Shown in pieces: positions 1 through 13,005 of a stretch of 64,000 bases of DNA; the first letter of the stretch is position 1; the number at the start of each line of letters is the position of its first letter. The stretch is from Octopus vulgaris. Its lineage: Eukaryota. Below the pieces are notes generated by a model. The model saw nothing but the letters and a program-made list of their open reading frames with translations. It was not told where the DNA came from and made no database searches. Location of the stretch: assembly GCA_951406725.2 (NCBI GenBank), contig OX597817.1, forward strand, positions 79,050,001 through 79,114,000, read 5' to 3'. The position numbers and the translations under genes are program-made.

Positions 1-76
1 AATTCAGAACGTAAAGACAGACAAAATGCCACTAAGCATTTTGCCTGGCATCCTAATGATTCTACCAGCTCGCCAA
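1..76 (-). mobile_element. SINE family B (Deu/Nin-domain-like) 5' part, truncated by window edge
   Basis: Reverse complement matches the head GGCGAGCTGGTAGAATC...TGCTTAGTGGCATTTTGTCTGTC..TACGTTCTGAATT seen in copies at 15137 and 53885. Confidence 0.7.
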
Positions 77-483
77 CTTAAATGATTAATTAATTAATTG
101 GTTAAATGATTAACTAGTAGACAAATATCCCTTTCCAGTGTGTGTGATTTTATTAGAATATTGACCCTCCTAAGGAACAACAAAATTTGTTTCAATGCAA
201 TATATCACATCAAGAATCTTGCAAACCAAATACAAAAACAAAATATGTTATTCTAACCTTTCTTTCATTCATCTTCAACCATTTGACTAAAAACTCAGTC
301 ATTTCAAGATTCGACTTCATGTTTTTACAGTCATTCACTTGATTCTGGTTTCTGTAGATATTACATCTTGTAATGGATTAAAGAATTAGAATGAAATAAA
401 GCAGTACAAAAATAAGAAAAGAGAAATTCTTTAGATGAACATTAAATCGTTCAACAAGAGAATTAAAAGAAAAAATACATATA

Positions 484-880
484 GGTGCAGATGTGACTGT
501 GTGGTAAGAAGGTTGCTTCCCAGCCACATGGCTCTAGGTTCAGTCCCACTGTGTGACACCTTGTGCAAGTGTCTTCTACTATAGCCTTGAGCCAACCAAA
601 GCCTTGTGGAGTGGATTTGGTAGATGGAAACTGAAAGAAGCCTGTCATATGTGTGTGTGTGTATGTGTGTCTTTGTGTCTGTGTTTGTTCCCCCCCCCAC
701 TGCTTGACAAACAGTATTGGCATGTTTACATCCCCTAACTTAGCAGCAACCAATAGAATAAGTACCAGGTTTAAAAAACAAAAAATAAGTCCCGGGGTCT
801 ATTTGTTCGACTAAAATTTCTTCAAGGTGCTGCACCAGCATGGCCACAGTCAAGTGACTGAAACACGTAATAGATAAAAG
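484..880 (+). mobile_element. SINE family A (tRNA-derived, CORE-like)
   Basis: A-box-like TGACTGTGTGG, B-box-like GGTTCAGTCCC, CORE-like ACCTTG(T)GCAAGTGTC, internal (TG)n linker and 3' tail CCAGCATGGCCACAGTCAAGTGACTGAAAC. More than 12 homologous copies in the window. Confidence 0.85.
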
Positions 881-1187
881 CGAAATACATTTTTAGGAAA
901 CATACCCACACACTCACAAACACATGCAATCACATGCAGGCACATACAGCAATGGCTCGATATATGAGTTAATTTGCACCTAGAGGCTGCTCATAAAGTG
1001 AAAACTTGTAAACCAGGGCAATAATTTCCTATAGTAGCAATGTTATAAATCATTATTCATTCCCAGAAAAATACTTTACTTATAAAATTGATAATATCCA
1101 TAAATAAATGGCAATAAAACAACAATAAAATGGAAAGAATATTTAATGCAAAGTAAGTAGACTGTCAAGACCATTTATAATTATCAT

Positions 1188-1785
1188 TGTTACCTCTGCC
1201 TTAGTGGAAGCAGAGGTATTGTTTTTCAGTTGTGTTTGTTGGTTTGTCTGTGGACAAGATATCTCAAGAACTGCTGGATGGATTTGGATGAAACTTTCAG
1301 GGATGTTTGGTCTCATGACTGGCACACACTGACTAGATTTCGGGATCGATCTGGTGCTGGACAAGGTTTCTGAATTATTTGTTATATTTACTTTACATCG
1401 TTACGATCTTACATTAACTTTCAAGTCTTTCTCAATTATCTCCCTTTAGGCTGTAACTATTTTGAATGGTGAATTTGTTAACTTTGGCTTGTATTAGATA
1501 AGGATTAACTATCTATTACTGTTTCTAAATTTTCTACAGCCACCTTCACATTCCATGACTACCGTTGGGATTGATCAGGTACTTGACAAGAATTCTAGAT
1601 TATTTTTCTGGTTTTTTTTTTTACATAATTTTTGCGAGCAGCCGGGTTCGTTTTTAGTATTCTAGTTTGTGAGAGCAGTTGAGTTTATTTCAGATATTCT
1701 CACTTTAAAAATCATCTCTGGCTAATCGTTGAGAGGACATTGGTGTTGCCCTGGCGGAGGTTTGCACAGTCTGAGTGCTCTTGTT
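1188..1785 (+). mobile_element. Non-autonomous Helentron-associated element (HINE/DINE-1-like)
   Basis: 5' subTIR ACCTCTGCC (1192-1200) with adjacent inverted GCAGAGGT, 3' subTIR GGCGGAGGT (1753-1761) followed by hairpin GCAC-AGTCTGA-GTGC, T-rich insertion site, no TSD. Confidence 0.7.
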
Positions 1786-3189
1786 ATTATTGTTTTCTGA
1801 ATCACTTTCACTCACGCTTGACTCATGCACATCATCACTTGTAGACACGATTGCATATTCACAAGTACTCGTATGGATTTGTTGATTTCGTTTTAAAAAT
1901 CAAGTTTAGAGTTGTTTGTTTACAAGAGGCTCTTTTTTTTTGCTATCTATATATTTCTTGGTTACATGCAGAAGCATTTGTTATGGTAGTAGAAACTTTT
2001 ACGCTTCATTCAAAATTTAGATCTTGTGATTGAAAAACAGAACTTGAAAAATAGACCTTGTAAACTCAGGGTCTTGTAAAGCAGATTCTTGTGAAGTGAG
2101 ATATTACTGTACGTTCATATATTAACTACCACAAATAAAGTCTGTTGTTATATTATGTGTTATTGAGGTACATTAGCACTTGGATGAGTTTATTAAATTT
2201 TTATGCAAACATACCAGAGACATGAGAATATTTATTTCCTAAACAAAATATGCTTGTCATAATTATGTATGGACAAAATACTTTCACCATAAACAATGTT
2301 TGTTTATTAATTGTAAATGATGGTTGGCATTTGCAATATTATCAACGTACTGAAATGATGAGAATCAGCTAGGCATAATAATATGTATGGGATGGGGGTG
2401 AGGTATGATGCTGGGTGGTGCTACTGCAGAGATTAATGGTGGTAGCTGCCAGAATTTGCCTTGGTTTTAAATATGGTTGTATACATGCTGGGACTGGTGG
2501 TGCTGGTGGCAGTGGTAACGATAGTGGTGGTGGTGGTGGTAGGTGGCTTAAGCAGTGAAGGTGCATATTTCCTTGGTACTTGTGGTAGCAATAGTGATAA
2601 TATAACTGTAGCCATAGCAAAGAATGAGGCTGAGTGGAGGTGAATGTTGTAGTAATATAAAGTAAAATAAAGCTTGAGTTAACTTTGGAACACGTAACAA
2701 TTGTAAGAAAAGCCAACATGGCTTGGGTAGAGAGAAAAGGGTTGTTGAAATTTATTGTGTTTATGGTCATACCATGGACAGGGTAACCACAAAGATTATT
2801 CCTATTGTTATTACACATTAAGTTAAGGCATTGAGTTGGCAGAATCATTAGCATGTTAAATGAATTGCTTAGAGACATTTCATACATTGTTATGTTCTGG
2901 GTTCAAATTTTGCTGAGGTCAACTTTACTTTTGTGTGTGTGCGTGCGTATGTATGTGTGTGTTTGTGTGTGTGTCCCTGACTTCTCCTTGTCATTACATG
3001 CTTGCTTTGAGTTTTGTGAACAATACAACACCCTTGCTATCAAATACAAGCAACTTCATATGCTTACAGTCACCCATGAAAGCATATATGGTTTGCATGA
3101 TCTTTGTATACAAAAAAGGGCTCATGAAACACTATCCACTATGCCCAGTGTACTCGCATACACATACATACAAATAAACAGAGAAAGAG

Positions 3190-4420
3190 ACAGACAGAAA
3201 ATTTATTGTAGATAACCTCATGTTTATTTTCGGAAACTACTTTATGTTCAGTTGCACAGATCATTGATAAAGTTTCATGGGAACAAAAGTTGCCCTACTA
3301 TATACTAACTTGGTCATTGAATACCATGAACTGAAAATCTGAAAAATCCTCTTAAATAGTTGGAGATGAATTCAACTGTTCTATGACAAAAACTGGAAAA
3401 TATTTCTAGACAATAATTTCTATTTTATAAACTGGTTGAACAATTTTCAAAGTTTCATTTAAAAAAAGGGTTTATCATTACTGAAGTCTACAGTAAATCT
3501 ATATACTTCAATAGTGATGAACCCCATTTCTTAGATATACATGTAACAAAAAGAAACACAATACTAAGAAACAGGTAGATATTTTAAACCCACTAACTTA
3601 CGACTGTTCCTCCTTTTCCTATCATATCACCCAAAACACATTCAAAGTAAGATTGCACTCAACTAAGCAAATCAAATCTGCATTATTATCTCAAATCCTA
3701 AACTAATAAAACAAAGATTAGAAGGAATGAAAAACTACTTGTCAAAAAGAAAATATCCGACAAAGTTGATTAACTTTGGAATTTTAAAATTAAAACATAT
3801 TAACATACGAGAACTTGGAACAACAAAATACAAAAAAAGACATGTTTACATAAATTTCAAGCTTTAGTCCAAAGAACACCAAAATTTTCACCAATATCAG
3901 TATAAAGTTGCCAGTACTATTACACGGCCCCCAAATTGTAAAACCTCCAATCATTAAAAAGAGACAAGAAAAATCATTGAAAAAAATGTTGACAAAAGTA
4001 ATCCTATACATACTAACTACAGACCCCCAATGACAGAAAATGCAACTGACTGGACCATGAAGTATGTAGCTATCTATCCTGAATTTAACTTGAAAGAGGT
4101 TTCTACTCTCACAATTAAAAGCAATTTGCCAAGTAATTCAGATAGCTTGATATAAATTATAACATGTAAATGTTGCCACTTACACTACACTGGGGAAACA
4201 AGTATGACACTCAGAAAGAAATGACAGTACATCACCAACAGATTAGAGAACCATATACAAGGAAAAATTTCGTTAATCAACATTTAGAAAATTGTGGAGT
4301 ACATGTCTTGTCATACTATTCATCCTTCCCATTCTATCAACAACTCAACAATGGAAAATCAATGAAACAATGAAGAAATATGTTTTATTAACATATAAAT
4401 CAAAATTTAATGCATTATGC
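3190..4420 (+). pseudogene. Degraded Penelope-like retroelement (RT C-terminal half + GIY-YIG endonuclease)
   Basis: Frameshifted remnants MGTKVA..YTNL, WKIFLD, PHFLDI, HPKHI and LIYIITCKCC..HYTGETS. Same motif order as the PLE at 62-64 kb and the GIY-YIG at 47 kb. Confidence 0.7.
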
Positions 4421-4712
4421 ATTAATTAACACACAGTACTGACTATATATCTGTATTCTAATTAAAAAAATATAAAACACTGAGTCGACACTGGGGGAAA
4501 AGTAAACCCGTTTTCTTGCAAAAACAGAAATCTGCCATACTATGTTTGTGCCTTATATTTGAATTAAATATCATTCTTTTTCCTTTATCCATAAGTCAAA
4601 ATATTACTTTCTGAAAACAATAATTAATATGTCCTTATCAAAAGTATATAAGGAACTTGAATCACAGAAACTAACATTTACATTGCTTGTCTTTGCAATG
4701 AAATAAGCAATA

Positions 4713-5312
4713 TCTATATATATAAAACTCAACTTGTGTGTCTGTGTGTCTATCTGTGTGTGTGTCTGTGTGTTTAACTTCCCGGCACATGTCCTAGCCA
4801 ACAAATCGTAGAACCACCAAAAATGGGTCACTTAAAGTTTAGGTGAATGAAAATTGAACTGCGCTATTTCTGTTCCAAAATTCATCTCGCAAGTGCAAAA
4901 ATTGATAATGTGTTTGTTTAGGCCTTATCCCATGCATTGAATAGTGAACTTTACTCAGTCAGCTGTTTGACGTGAACTGTGTTCACCACGTGTGCAAGCA
5001 TGAGTAAGTTGCATGAAAAATAAAAAATCAAGATATAAAAACGAATCGCTGTAAACATTGAAGAAATTCGGCAAAGAAATGAATTTTCGGGATGTAGCCT
5101 GGAGGGTTTTTTCGTATTAATCGTTTGGACTTTGTGAACACATACCAATTGTTTCCATAACATGTTTAACGCTTTGAATTAAATATGACCATTTTGCGTT
5201 GAGTCTGCAGTTTGAATCACTTTAACCAAATTTTAGCAGGCCGGATTTTTGATCATCACGATACATTGCCAGCGACTCCCTGAAACTCTCCCCTGAAATC
5301 CCCGTTGAGAAA
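4713..5312 (+). mobile_element. Helitron-like non-autonomous element (5' end, 3' end not seen)
   Basis: A|TCTATATATATAAAACTCAACTTGTGTGTCTGTGTG 5' terminus, repeated almost identically at 5313 and similar to the termini at 5417 and 51711. Confidence 0.55.
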
Positions 5313-5558
5313 TCTATATATATATATAAAACTCAACTTGTGTGTCTGTGTGTGTGTGTTTAACTTTTGGATCTACCAAGTTTCATTATTAAGGATGGAA
5401 AGTAGTGTGTAGCAAATCTATATACATAAAGCTGAAGTTGTCTGTGTGTGGCAGGTTTGGTAGCCTTCAACTAACACTATTTCCTTCAAGACCCTGCAGC
5501 GCAAGTTGATCGAAATTGAGAGTATGATAGAAGAAGACTTGCTCTTTATTCTGTAGAA

Positions 5559-8389
5559 CAGGGGTCTCCAAAGTTTTCCAGCGGAGGGCCACATTGCTGA
5601 ATTTTTAAAGCTACGGGGGCCAAGGTTCTAAATTATTTATTTTACCAAAATAATATAAATAAATAGTGAATTAATAATTAAAAAAGGTTATTTATTCAGT
5701 ACATAATCACAATGTATATAATATGAGTAACAATTAACATGTTTTTTTAACTTTGATCAATAGGGGAAACATGAAATTGTTTCATTTCTGACAAAATTTT
5801 GTCCAACTGAGGTTCAAAATGAGTGGTTCCAATAACAAGCAATGCATTTAAATGTTCATCAGACAATTGTAGCAGGATTTTGTGTATTTCATCTTTGAAA
5901 AAGTCTTCTCACACAAATATGTAGTGCCAAAAACTGAAATGAATTCACAGGCAAACCTCCTTAAATGAAGAAATTGGTCGGATGGAAGGCATTTGTAGAA
6001 TTCAATCAAATTTCCCTCTTTATATTTGTCCTTCAGGATGTCATTGGATTGCAAATCAATAACTTCCATTTGTAACTCAGAAGGTAAGTCTCCAATAACA
6101 GAGTTAAATGGATTTTCAAAAATTCTTAGTTTTGAAGAACATGCATCAAGATCAGAAAAACGTTCTTCAAACTGTTGTTTCAAAGCTAAAATGACATCTT
6201 GAGCAAACAAGTTTGGAAATGGAGTGGCAGCTTCCTGTCTATATTTGTCACATCGTGAAAAATGAGTAAAGCAGCTTCTTGTTAACTGACTTTCAAATAG
6301 TATTAATTTCTTACGAAAAGCTTTCACCTTTGAGTACAAATCACAGATGAGTGAAGTTTCACCTTGTATCCGTAGGTTGAAATCATTGAGATGCATAGTT
6401 AAATCGGCTGAAAATGCTAATTTCCAGAGCCATTCACTGTCTTTGAGCAACACCTGTGAATGGTTTTTCTCATTTAAAAATATTTCAATTTCAGTTCGAA
6501 GCTCAAAAAATCTAGCCAGAATTTTTCCATAGCTAAGCCATCTTACTGAAGTATAGTAAGGTAGGTCTGGAAACTCAGCATTCATTTCCTCCAAGAAATC
6601 ACGAAATTGGCGATGTTTGAGTCCATGAGATCTTATGTAGTTAACAGTGGAAATCACAGGATCTAATACAGATGATAAATCAAGATGCTTTCCACACAGT
6701 GCTTGCTGATGAAGAATACAATGCAATACCAAAGGTTTCAATCCACCGGAATTCTCAATTACTTTGTTAATTTGCCCAAATAAGCCCTTTTTGGTTCCAC
6801 ACATATTTCTGCCACCATCTGTTGTTATGCATTTTAGTTTTTTCCATTCCAAATTATACTCAGCCACTGACTTTTCCACTTCTCTAAAAATATCTATGCC
6901 TGTTGTTGTTCCATGCATGCTGTGCACAGATACAAGTTCCTCAGTAATCTCAAAATTGGCATTTATTCCTCTGATGAACAATAACAATTGGGATGTGTCT
7001 GATACATCAATTGACTCATCAAGTGCAACAGAAAAGCATACAAACTTGCTGGCTTTGTCTTTTACCTGTGATTTAATATTTCTTTCAATATGTTCAACCC
7101 TACGAGCAACAGTGTTCGCAGAAAGACTAATTGCGGAAAATAAATCTACGTTTTCTGGACACATTTCCTTAGCTACCTCATTCAAGCACTTTTTAATAAG
7201 TTCACCATCTGTAAATGGCTTACCTTTCTTCGCCAAAAGGTTAGCAACATGGAAGCTTGCTCTTGTTGCTCTCTCTTTTTCTACAGCCTTCTTCTTGAAA
7301 ACAAACTGCATTGATGATAAATTCTTCTTTAATTTGTCAAATTTCTCTTTACGTAGCTGTCCAATGAATTGGTAGTACTGTGGATGAATGCTTTTTTTCA
7401 TAATGTCTCCGAATGTTGTACTCTTTAAGTACTGCAATTGTGTCGGTGCATATAACGCATAGTGCCTTGTTGTTTGACTCTATGACAAAATAGTCTATGT
7501 TCCATTGTTCCTTAAAAACTCTACACTCAGAGTCGATTTTTCGTTTTCTTCCTTGAGCTAACATTTTTACCATGGGTCGACAGATTTTGCTCGACGATAT
7601 ATGTAAAAGGACGAAACAAGTAAAAACAATATTCACAGGTCACTCGATACGTGCATTCACTTCGGCAGCGACGACGACAAATGACTCACACTTGTGCACA
7701 ACGAAAACGCCAAGTCTGTGCTGACTGACGGAATGCGCATCGAACTTTACTCCACGCTGATTGGCGACTGCACCAGGATTAGAAACCACCACACAACGTC
7801 AGGCTCAACCCTCTCTATTCATCGCTCGTGAGATGTAGGTAACATCGATAAATCGATATTTGTCTTCTTTTATTATACTAGGCACGGGACTTTTATTAAC
7901 GTCATACTTGTCGTATCTGCTCTCTCGACAGTTGACGGAATAGGTTGACTTTTCTGCGACATCAATAAAGCTAGAAATTGAATCTCTGCTTCATTGTAAG
8001 CAGCACCATCCATCTCACTGACAATCGCCTATTATCTAAGGTGAATGATAGGTAGCTCCATAGCGAAGTTAATTCATTTTATGGTGGTTCTGATGGGTCA
8101 GTTAAAACGGGGGAGTGGAAAAGAACCTATATTTACACTAAAGTTTAGTGTATAAATTTTTAATTCGCCGGCGCAATTTAAAGACATTAATTGATGGCAA
8201 ATCAATTAGCGTCGTCTTGCGTCTATTTGCTGTACTATATTTGTCAAACGTATTAAAAGGGGTGTAAAGTATATTTGTTTTTGTATGATTTCGGCAAGGC
8301 TTGTTTTTCGACATTTGTTTTATAATTTTGGAGGACAGCTCGGCGGGCCGGATTAAAAACCTTGGCGGGCCGTACTTTAGAGACCCCTG
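5559..8389 (-). mobile_element. Full-length hAT DNA transposon (Buster/Charlie group, SPIN-like)
   Basis: 16-bp TIRs CAGGGGTCTCCAAAGT / ACTTTAGAGACCCCTG (1 mismatch), perfect 8-bp TSD CTGTAGAA (5551-5558 and 8390-8397) with central TA, and a transposase gene inside. Confidence 0.95.
5747..7573 (-). pseudogene. hAT transposase (GTF2IRD2/SPIN-like) with two frameshifts
   Basis: BED-type finger (RKRKIDSECRVFKEQW..CVIC..RRHYEKKH), FSVALDES, ITTDG, HCILHQQAL, VRWLS and FGTTYLCEKTFS. One frameshift near 7380 and a second near 5870, after which another frame continues QLSDEHLNALLVIGTTHFEPQLDKILSEMKQFHVSPIDQS* (stop 5747-5749). Confidence 0.92.
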
Positions 8390-8905
8390 CTGTAGAAGAT
8401 AAAATTCAAATCGGACCATGTTAACACCAAAAATTATTTACATCAAAAAGGTGCTTTTTTTCTATGAAAATTCCTATTTTATACGATTTTTGACTGCTGT
8501 GTCACCATTTTTCGGTGTATTTCAACTGGAAAAAATGTTCACTTGAAGAGAATAACAAGTTGCATAATGCAAAATTTTTACTTTTCAAAAATTCCAATTC
8601 TAAAGGGTTGAAACAAACCCAAGCAACACCGGGTGATACTGCTAGTTTCTATCTAAAATTAATTCCACATGCTTCATCCATCACAGGGATTAAAATTGCA
8701 TTGAAGAACATACTTTAAATGTTAATGAGCTGTAAACACCATAAACCTGTTAGAAAAATGTAATTTTCCTGTTTCAGTAAAAAATGTTTGTGTTCAGAGA
8801 ATGCAGAGAAATATAACTTTACTTGAAATCAAGTGTCGGCAACAGGAAGAGCATCCAGCAGTAGAAAATCTTCAACTAATTTCATCTGACCTATGTAAGC
8901 ATTCT

Positions 8906-9164
8906 TTTTTCTTTTACTAGTTACAGTCATTTTATGGCGGCCATGCTGGAGCACCCCCTTTAGTCAAACAGATCAACACTAGGACTCACTCTTTGTAAGC
9001 CTAGTATTTATTGTTGGGTCTGTTTGCCGAACCGGTAAGTTACAGGAATGTAAACACCCCAACATCAGCTGTCAAGTGATAGAGTGGAGACAAACACTGA
9101 CACAAATATATGCATATACATATATATATATATATATAAAGCTGTCGTATATATACATACATAC

Positions 9165-9207
<43 letters not shown>

Positions 9208-9367
9208 ACGGGCCTTTTTCAGTTTCTGCCAACCAACACCAGTCACAAGGCTTTGGTCAGCCTAAGGCTATAGCAGAAGACACTTGCCCAAGGTGCCACA
9301 CAGTGGAACTGAACCCAGGATTATGTGGTTGGGAAGCAAGCTTCTTACCACACGGCCACTCCCGTGC
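8906..9367 (-). mobile_element. SINE family A
   Basis: Full-length homolog with expanded (TA)n linker. Confidence 0.85.
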
Positions 9368-11310
9368 ATGGAAGCATATACATTATGACAACGATGCTGA
9401 CTTCAACTATGATGCTAAGAATTTCAGTACTGGTAACGGCAATGATGACAATGACGAAGGCAGTTAAGCAATAATTTCAATGTAATATATTACTCTGTCT
9501 TGAGCAATTCCATCATAACTGACACAACATTTACAAGAATTTATTTTATACTAAAAATGTTCTGGCATCTTACTTAAGCTAACTGAAATGTAATGACCTA
9601 GGAATATTTTAACTGCTGAGGCCCGTAAATATTGTTACATATGTATTGTAATTCTATGTTTGAACTAGCTTGTCTTAGAGAGAATAAATACTTCCATAAT
9701 TGATGCAATGGAAAAAAGATATGATACCTAACTCAGTGGTACTTATGCTGGGAACCCTATGCAGAAAATTCACATGTGCAAGCAGTTTTTATATCAAAAT
9801 AAACCTGAAGTGGTATAGACATTATGCATGCTTTCATATACAACACTATTGTTTAGTACATGTAATGCCTTTGGTAAAATTTAAGTGATGCAACAGGCAC
9901 TGGCGTAACATTTCCACCTAGCATTTTGTAACTGATGTAACACTGAAACTCGGATACTAATTAATATTCCACATTTTTATTTTAATCAAACAGGAACATG
10001 AGGAATATATATCAAAAGATATATATTCAAAATGTATGCTGTATTTGAACACAAAAGTTCTAAATAATGTTCCATGAAGCTTATTGCAGCACATGCATAA
10101 TGTCTTAGATAATTCAATCTAGACATTTTACATGCATTGCAGGTAACTGTGAGAGCCCTATAATACAGTTAGTCACTTATCATAATGTGACTGAAATTTC
10201 TATGAATAGTGCACAAACAGGTACATGTAACCGAAAATATAAAGTACTGCTGTGTATAAGAATAAAATCCCTACCTTACAGCATGTCATAATGGTTGCTT
10301 TGTCTTAAGGTAATTATTTGTCAGGATTCTGTAGACTAAACTTATAATGCCAAAATGTAACTGATGCAACAAATTCTAATGACCACAGTAAATACTGTTT
10401 TATCTACCAAGCAGGATGATCTTCCAAAAAAATAACACTGCCAAACTATAGTTTTACTCTGGTTCTTCCTGTAAGTACATCTTTGCAAGATGGAAGTTTA
10501 ATTGTTTTCTAGGATGGAACTGGATACCTACCTTTTGCTCTTGCAGTCAAATTGTTGTCTTTTAGACTGGATCCAAGATGGCTGTCCTGGTCACATGACA
10601 ATAGTCTCACAGAAACTTTTCTTTTACTATTCTGAATCCTATTGACTTATGGGAACATAAACTACACAAATCATTGTAGCACAGTTTTATTATAATTGTT
10701 CATGTTTTGTCTCATCTTGCTTGGAATTGCCCTCTTTTAAAATCAAACTGCCAAATATTTCCAATATTGAGATTCTGCAATCACCTAGGCATGCCTTCTT
10801 TCCGTTTTAAAATTACCTCAAAATTATCTTAAAATTACCCAATAGCAATGATATATAAAATATGTTATTAATTAAATGCCGTTATATTGCTTTTTTCTTC
10901 ACAATAAATCATATCAATTTGAGACAGCAAAAGAGATAGCTTTCTGTCTTCACACAGTGTTTATAATGATTAATATCATATATGTTCTTTTCTTATATAA
11001 GATTATTTATTTCATTTATGATATGTTTTCTGACATAAGTAATTGTATCAAGCTCATATCTAATACAATTGATTGACAAGTATACCACTTTGCCAGAAAT
11101 GGTGTACAATACCAACGAAGAACTACAAACCCTCAGTTCTTCAGCCAGTGGACTGGCGCATAACCAACTCAGTCAATTGTAACTTCCATACAAAAAAGAA
11201 GTACAAACACACACATACACCTATGCATGTATGTATACATATATATATATATATAGATATATATATACACACATATACATATAAATATATATATATGTAT
11301 ATATATATAT

Positions 11311-11392
11311 ATTATATATATGCATAGATCATACATATATGCATATATATATATATATATATTATATATATGCATAGATCATACATATATGC

Positions 11393-11423
<31 letters not shown>

Positions 11424-11445
11424 GCATAGATCATACATATATGCA

Positions 11446-11460
<15 letters not shown>
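11311..11460. repeat. ~50-bp minisatellite x3 within (TA)n
   Basis: Unit ATTATATATATGCATAGATCATACATATATGC(AT)n repeated three times. Confidence 0.8.
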
Positions 11461-11477
<17 letters not shown>

Positions 11478-11570
11478 CATACAGACATACAGACATATAT
11501 AGAGAGAGATATCATAAAGATATATGCATAAAAGTAAATATACATATATGAATAAATACAAATAGAAGCA

Positions 11571-11602
<32 letters not shown>

Positions 11603-12154
11603 AAAGCACACAATAAAAATGTAATATATTGATATAGAATAGAACTTACATACAAGAAAAAAACATTACATAAGATATAAAACAGAACATGCCAACAAAA
11701 ATTTACAAATGTCCAGAACAAAAAGTACATCAGAAGATATTTGGTTTATAACATTATGAGGAAATATATATATATATAAAAAAAAGGTATAATAAAATAA
11801 ACTTAATTCATCACTTGGTTTAACAGTACCTTCCAGGTAACTTTATCAGAGTCCACTCTACTGCAAACATTTGGGCCATGTTTCTGGTCTGCATCCAAGG
11901 ATAGCGCTTTTTCCTATTCTCTTGCTTGTCTACGAGGCCTTGGAAAGGATCATGGGTGCTCGTATCCTTCATTTGACATTAGATCATTGAAAGAAGAACA
12001 AAAGCATAAAAAAATAACCGAAAGATTCTGAAATGTGTTACAAATTCTCTACAAAATCTCTATGAAGGAATTTCTATGAAAAATTACAAGAAAACAAATG
12101 GAAAATTTATCTATAAAGGGTAGAATGAAATAAAAATACAGTTGGCTTGGTTAT

Positions 12155-12545
12155 AGGTAAGGACATGGATGTGTGGTTAAAAGCTTGCTTTACACCCATA
12201 TGGTTTTGTGTTCAGTCCCACTATGCAGCACCTTAGACAGGCGTTGTTACTATATTCTGAGGCCTACTAATGCCTTGTGAATGAATTTGGTAGTGGAAAA
12301 CTGAAAGAAGCTTCTTATATATATTTATGTATATATTATGTATGAGTGTGCCTTTGCATTTGTTATTCTCCCTGACAACTGGTGTTGGTTTGTTTATGTC
12401 ACTGCAGCTTAGCAGTGCAGCAAAAGAGAATAAATATCAGACTTGCAATTAAATTTTACTGAGATCATTTTATTTGACCTTTCAAGGCTGTGCCCCAGCA
12501 CAGCCACAGCCCAATGACTGAGACAAGTAAAAGTATAAAACAAAA
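12155..12545 (+). mobile_element. SINE family A (diverged)
   Basis: Head, CORE-like segment and tail recognisable. Confidence 0.75.
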
Positions 12546-12566
12546 GAAGATTAAATATTTCATACA

Positions 12567-13005
12567 GGACTGAAGTGTGGCTGTGTGGTGAAGCCTGATT
12601 GCCAACCACAAGTTTCTGGGTTTGGTCCTACTGAATGGCACCTTGGGCAAGTGTCTTCTACTAAAGCTAAAAACCAACTAAAGCTTTGTGAGTGAATTTG
12701 GTAGAGAGAAACTAAAAGAAGCCCATTGTGTGTGCGTGTGTGTATGCATGCGTGTGTGTGTGTGTGTGTGTATGTGTGTGTGTGTGTGTGTTTGTGTCTA
12801 TGTTTGTCCCTGCCACTGCTTGAAAATTGATGTTGGCATGTTTATGCCCCTATGACTTAGAGGTCTGACAAAAGTGACTAATAGAATAAGTATGAGGGAT
12901 TAAAATAAAGAAGTACTAGAGTTGATTCATTCAACTTAAAATTCTTCAAGGCAGTACCTCAGCATGGTCGCAGTCTAATGATAGAAAATAAAAGGAAAAG
13001 AAAAG
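12567..13005 (+). mobile_element. SINE family A
   Basis: Second copy in tandem with the preceding one, CACCTTGGGCAAGTGTCTTCTACTA present. Confidence 0.8.

Larger units (their letters stand above)
5417..8645 (+). mobile_element. Non-autonomous Helitron (~390 bp) interrupted by a hAT transposon
   Basis: 5' A|TCTATATACATAAAG, 3' imperfect hairpin CCC-AAGCAACACC-GGG followed by CTAG|T (8642-8645), insertion between A and T. Confidence 0.7.

Noticed and set aside
2369-2887. 172-aa minus-strand ORF
   Set aside because: Partly (GGT)n low complexity, no recognisable domain or splice support.
6347-7375. Plus-strand ORFs of 61 and 203 aa
   Set aside because: Antisense shadows of the hAT transposase.
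11890-11905. YPWM as evidence for a Hox gene
   Set aside because: No homeodomain exon found downstream on the minus strand within the window.
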